Positions 52,257 through 54,313 of a DNA stretch of 54,313 nucleotides are shown here, piece after piece (position 1 is the first letter of the stretch; every line of letters begins with the position of its first letter). Where the stretch lies: assembly GCA_014730165.1 (NCBI GenBank), contig WJIS01000079.1, positions 1 through 54,313 of the forward strand, read 5' to 3'. This DNA comes from Promethearchaeota archaeon (GTDB lineage: Archaea; Asgardarchaeota; Lokiarchaeia; Sigyniarchaeales; SOKP01). The notes beneath the pieces are model-generated. The model did not search any database. It was not told the DNA's origin and saw only the letters and a program-made list of their open reading frames with translations. The translations under genes and the position numbers were made by a program.

Positions 52257-52694
52257 TTAAATATCAGAGAGATATTCCATTAATTTCTTTAGTATATCCT
52301 TTTCAAGTACTAAACCAATTAATTTATTATCAGTATCTACAATAGGTAAACGCTCAATATTATTATCAAACATTAGATTTAATATTTTTTTGATTGTATC
52401 ACCTCTTCTCGCAACATACGGTTCCGGTGTCATTAAATCTTTTACTAACGTATTAGGTGATTCTAAAGACATCGCAAATCTTGCTAATCTAATATCTCTT
52501 TGAGTAATAATGCCTAAAAGTTTCATCTTCTCCTTAGAATCAACCACAGGCAACCCTCCGATGTTTTTTCTTAGCATTAACAGTTCCGTTGTACTTATTT
52601 TTTCATTTGGAGTTATAAATAAAGGGTCTTCTATCATTAATTCGGAAACTTTAATTTTACCAAATGAATCTAATGTTGGTTCCTTTTGTGTCAT
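52257..52694 (-). CDS. CBS-domain pair protein
   Basis: KVSELM, IGGLPVVD...LLGIITQRDI, VKDLMT, IERLPIVD...LIGLV...DI. Confidence 0.92.
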   Translation of the reverse strand: MTQKEPTLDSFGKIKVSELMIEDPLFITPNEKISTTELLMLRKNIGGLPVVDSKEKMKLLGIITQRDIRLARFAMSLESPNTLVKDLMTPEPYVARRGDTIKKILNLMFDNNIERLPIVDTDNKLIGLVLEKDILKKLMEYLSDI

Positions 52695-52779
52695 TATTAA
52701 ATCTAATGTCGTTTATTCTTAAATTGACATCTCTAATAACTTAATAAAATGAATAATTTAATTTTGAATTAAAAGATAA

Positions 52780-53187
52780 TTAATTGGATTTATTCAATAT
52801 ATTTTTTATTCGGATTCGCATTTCTTCCACCTCTGAAGAAGCTGTTTGATAATATTGAAGTAAATATTCCCCCCAATCATTTAATTTTATCCATCCCCCT
52901 CCACCACTTCCTCCTTTGCTCGTTATCACTGCGGCCTTCCCCGTACGCTTCTCGATACGTTTTAAAATATTCCAAGCATATTTATAAGAATAACCACATT
53001 GTTTTGCGGCTTTAGTTAACGATCCTTTTTCACTTTCATTATTTCTAATATATTCCAGAAGTTTTGCCCACCCCTGTCCTAAAATATTTTTCCCGTCAAA
53101 CTCGAGCCAAATCTTTATTCCAAAATCAACATTCGGTTTTAATTCATCTAATCTAACAGAAGCAACTTTAGTAGATTCTTCCTCCAT
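52780..53187 (-). CDS. ModE-like winged-helix regulator (N-terminal domain only)
   Basis: KIWLE...LGQG..KLL...GSLTKAAKQCGYSYKYAW...GGSGGG...L...G. Confidence 0.88.
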   Translation of the reverse strand: MEEESTKVASVRLDELKPNVDFGIKIWLEFDGKNILGQGWAKLLEYIRNNESEKGSLTKAAKQCGYSYKYAWNILKRIEKRTGKAAVITSKGGSGGGGWIKLNDWGEYLLQYYQTASSEVEEMRIRIKNILNKSN

Positions 53188-53294
53188 ACTTATTAAATAT
53201 ATTTAGAATATTAATAACTTTAATTTTTAAAAAAGATAAATAAATTAAATAAAAGAGCATTTAATAGCTTAAAACCAATTAAGGGAGTTAGAAT

Positions 53295-54041
53295 ATGTTT
53301 TTTAATCGTGGAGCGCCTAAAAAAGGAAAAAAGATTATTGAGAATTTATTCTTTTTTCATGAAACTCAAATGTTAGATTGTAATCAATATATTATTAAGA
53401 ATGATCAAAAGGATGAATTAGTGATATTCGATGCAGGAAATGGTTTATCACTTGATGGGCTTATTGATGGCATGAAAAAGCTTAATTTGAGTTATGAAGA
53501 TATTACCAGCGTGTATTTAACTCATGAGCATGTGGATCATGTCGTGGGAATTTATCCGTTATTGGAAAAGATGGAAAATGATCCTCCAACTATTTTTGCT
53601 TTTGGGGAAACCGCGAAAATAATTCGGGAAGGAGATCAATCAAAAATTATTCCCGGCAACTTAGGAATAAGTCCCAAAATGTTTGGAATTAATATCAAAC
53701 CCTTAGATGTGGTGGAATTAGATTTAGAAAATCCTGTAAAAATTGGAAATGATTTCTCATTTAAAATTTATCATACACCTGGACATTCACTTGGATCTAT
53801 TACATATTACGAGCCAAACTTAAAGATTCTTATCCCCGGAGACTTAGTGTTTACAGGAGGTAGTTTCGGGCGATATGATTTTCCAGGGGGCTCTCTTAAA
53901 AAGTTGCAAGAGTCTATCGAATATGTGAATAATCTTGACGTAACCCACCTCTTACCCGGTCATATGGGAGTAAGTAATAAAGGAAATGAGCAAATTAAAC
54001 ATTCAAATAGAATGGTTCATTCAGTTGGAGGCTTTTTTTAG
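53295..54041 (+). CDS. Metallo-beta-lactamase fold hydrolase
   Basis: DAG, THEHVDHV, HTPGHS.GS, GDLVF, GRYDFPGG, PGH. Confidence 0.93.
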   Translation: MFFNRGAPKKGKKIIENLFFFHETQMLDCNQYIIKNDQKDELVIFDAGNGLSLDGLIDGMKKLNLSYEDITSVYLTHEHVDHVVGIYPLLEKMENDPPTIFAFGETAKIIREGDQSKIIPGNLGISPKMFGINIKPLDVVELDLENPVKIGNDFSFKIYHTPGHSLGSITYYEPNLKILIPGDLVFTGGSFGRYDFPGGSLKKLQESIEYVNNLDVTHLLPGHMGVSNKGNEQIKHSNRMVHSVGGFF

Positions 54042-54192
54042 ACGATTAATCGGGCTTCTTTTATATATAATTGAAACCTACCGTAATATGCTCAAAATTA
54101 CTTATCATACTCTATATCTATTTATTATAAGTTATCATTAAACCTTAGAAAAAAACCAAAGCAAATACTAATTATTTAAAAATGGATGTCTA

Positions 54193-54313
54193 TTATTCAC
54201 CCAAATTAAGAGGATCCTCAAGGGGTTCTGAGATTCCGAGTTTGTCAGCAAATCTAAGAATGAACTTTTTTCTGTGCTCATATGTGAGATCCAAAAATAT
54301 GAACACAGGAGCA
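54193..54313 (-). CDS. C-terminal end of a gene running off the window edge
   Basis: Minus strand reads ...APVFIFLDLTYEHRKKFILRFADKLGISEPLEDPLNLGE* with TAA at 54193-54195. Confidence 0.5.
   Translation of the reverse strand, partial: APVFIFLDLTYEHRKKFILRFADKLGISEPLEDPLNLGE

Noticed and set aside
54182-54313. Plus-strand ORF starting at ATG 54182
   Set aside because: It is the mirror frame of a more protein-like minus-strand C-terminus; cannot be settled at the window edge.

Overview
Strongly AT-rich, gene-dense archaeal chromosome segment, most likely an Asgard archaeon of the Lokiarchaeia. The taxonomic call is an inference from archaeal housekeeping genes (EndA-like, PINA ATPase, COG1202-type helicase, DRG-like GTPase) occurring with eukaryotic-signature proteins: a ubiquitin-like protein ending in GG, a Rab-like small GTPase, a longin-like protein, an actin-family protein and an LRR protein. 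There are about 50 CDSs. I saw no rRNA, tRNA, CRISPR array or transposase. The most striking unexplained element is the ~890 bp gap (51365-52256) upstream of the actin-family gene. It holds many nested stems whose mismatches are G-U wobbles on the + strand, plus a long crossing pairing, which points to a large unannotated structured RNA of ~550-650 nt. Other highlights: an actin homolog with a double zinc-ribbon insertion, an SSUH2-like DnaJ zinc-finger protein, apparent ATT/ATC start codons, apparently catalytically degenerate EndA and DRG homologs, a tail-anchored long coiled coil, a 7TM protein module and bacterial-type ligA/mutM. All calls come from reading motifs by eye; no searches were run.
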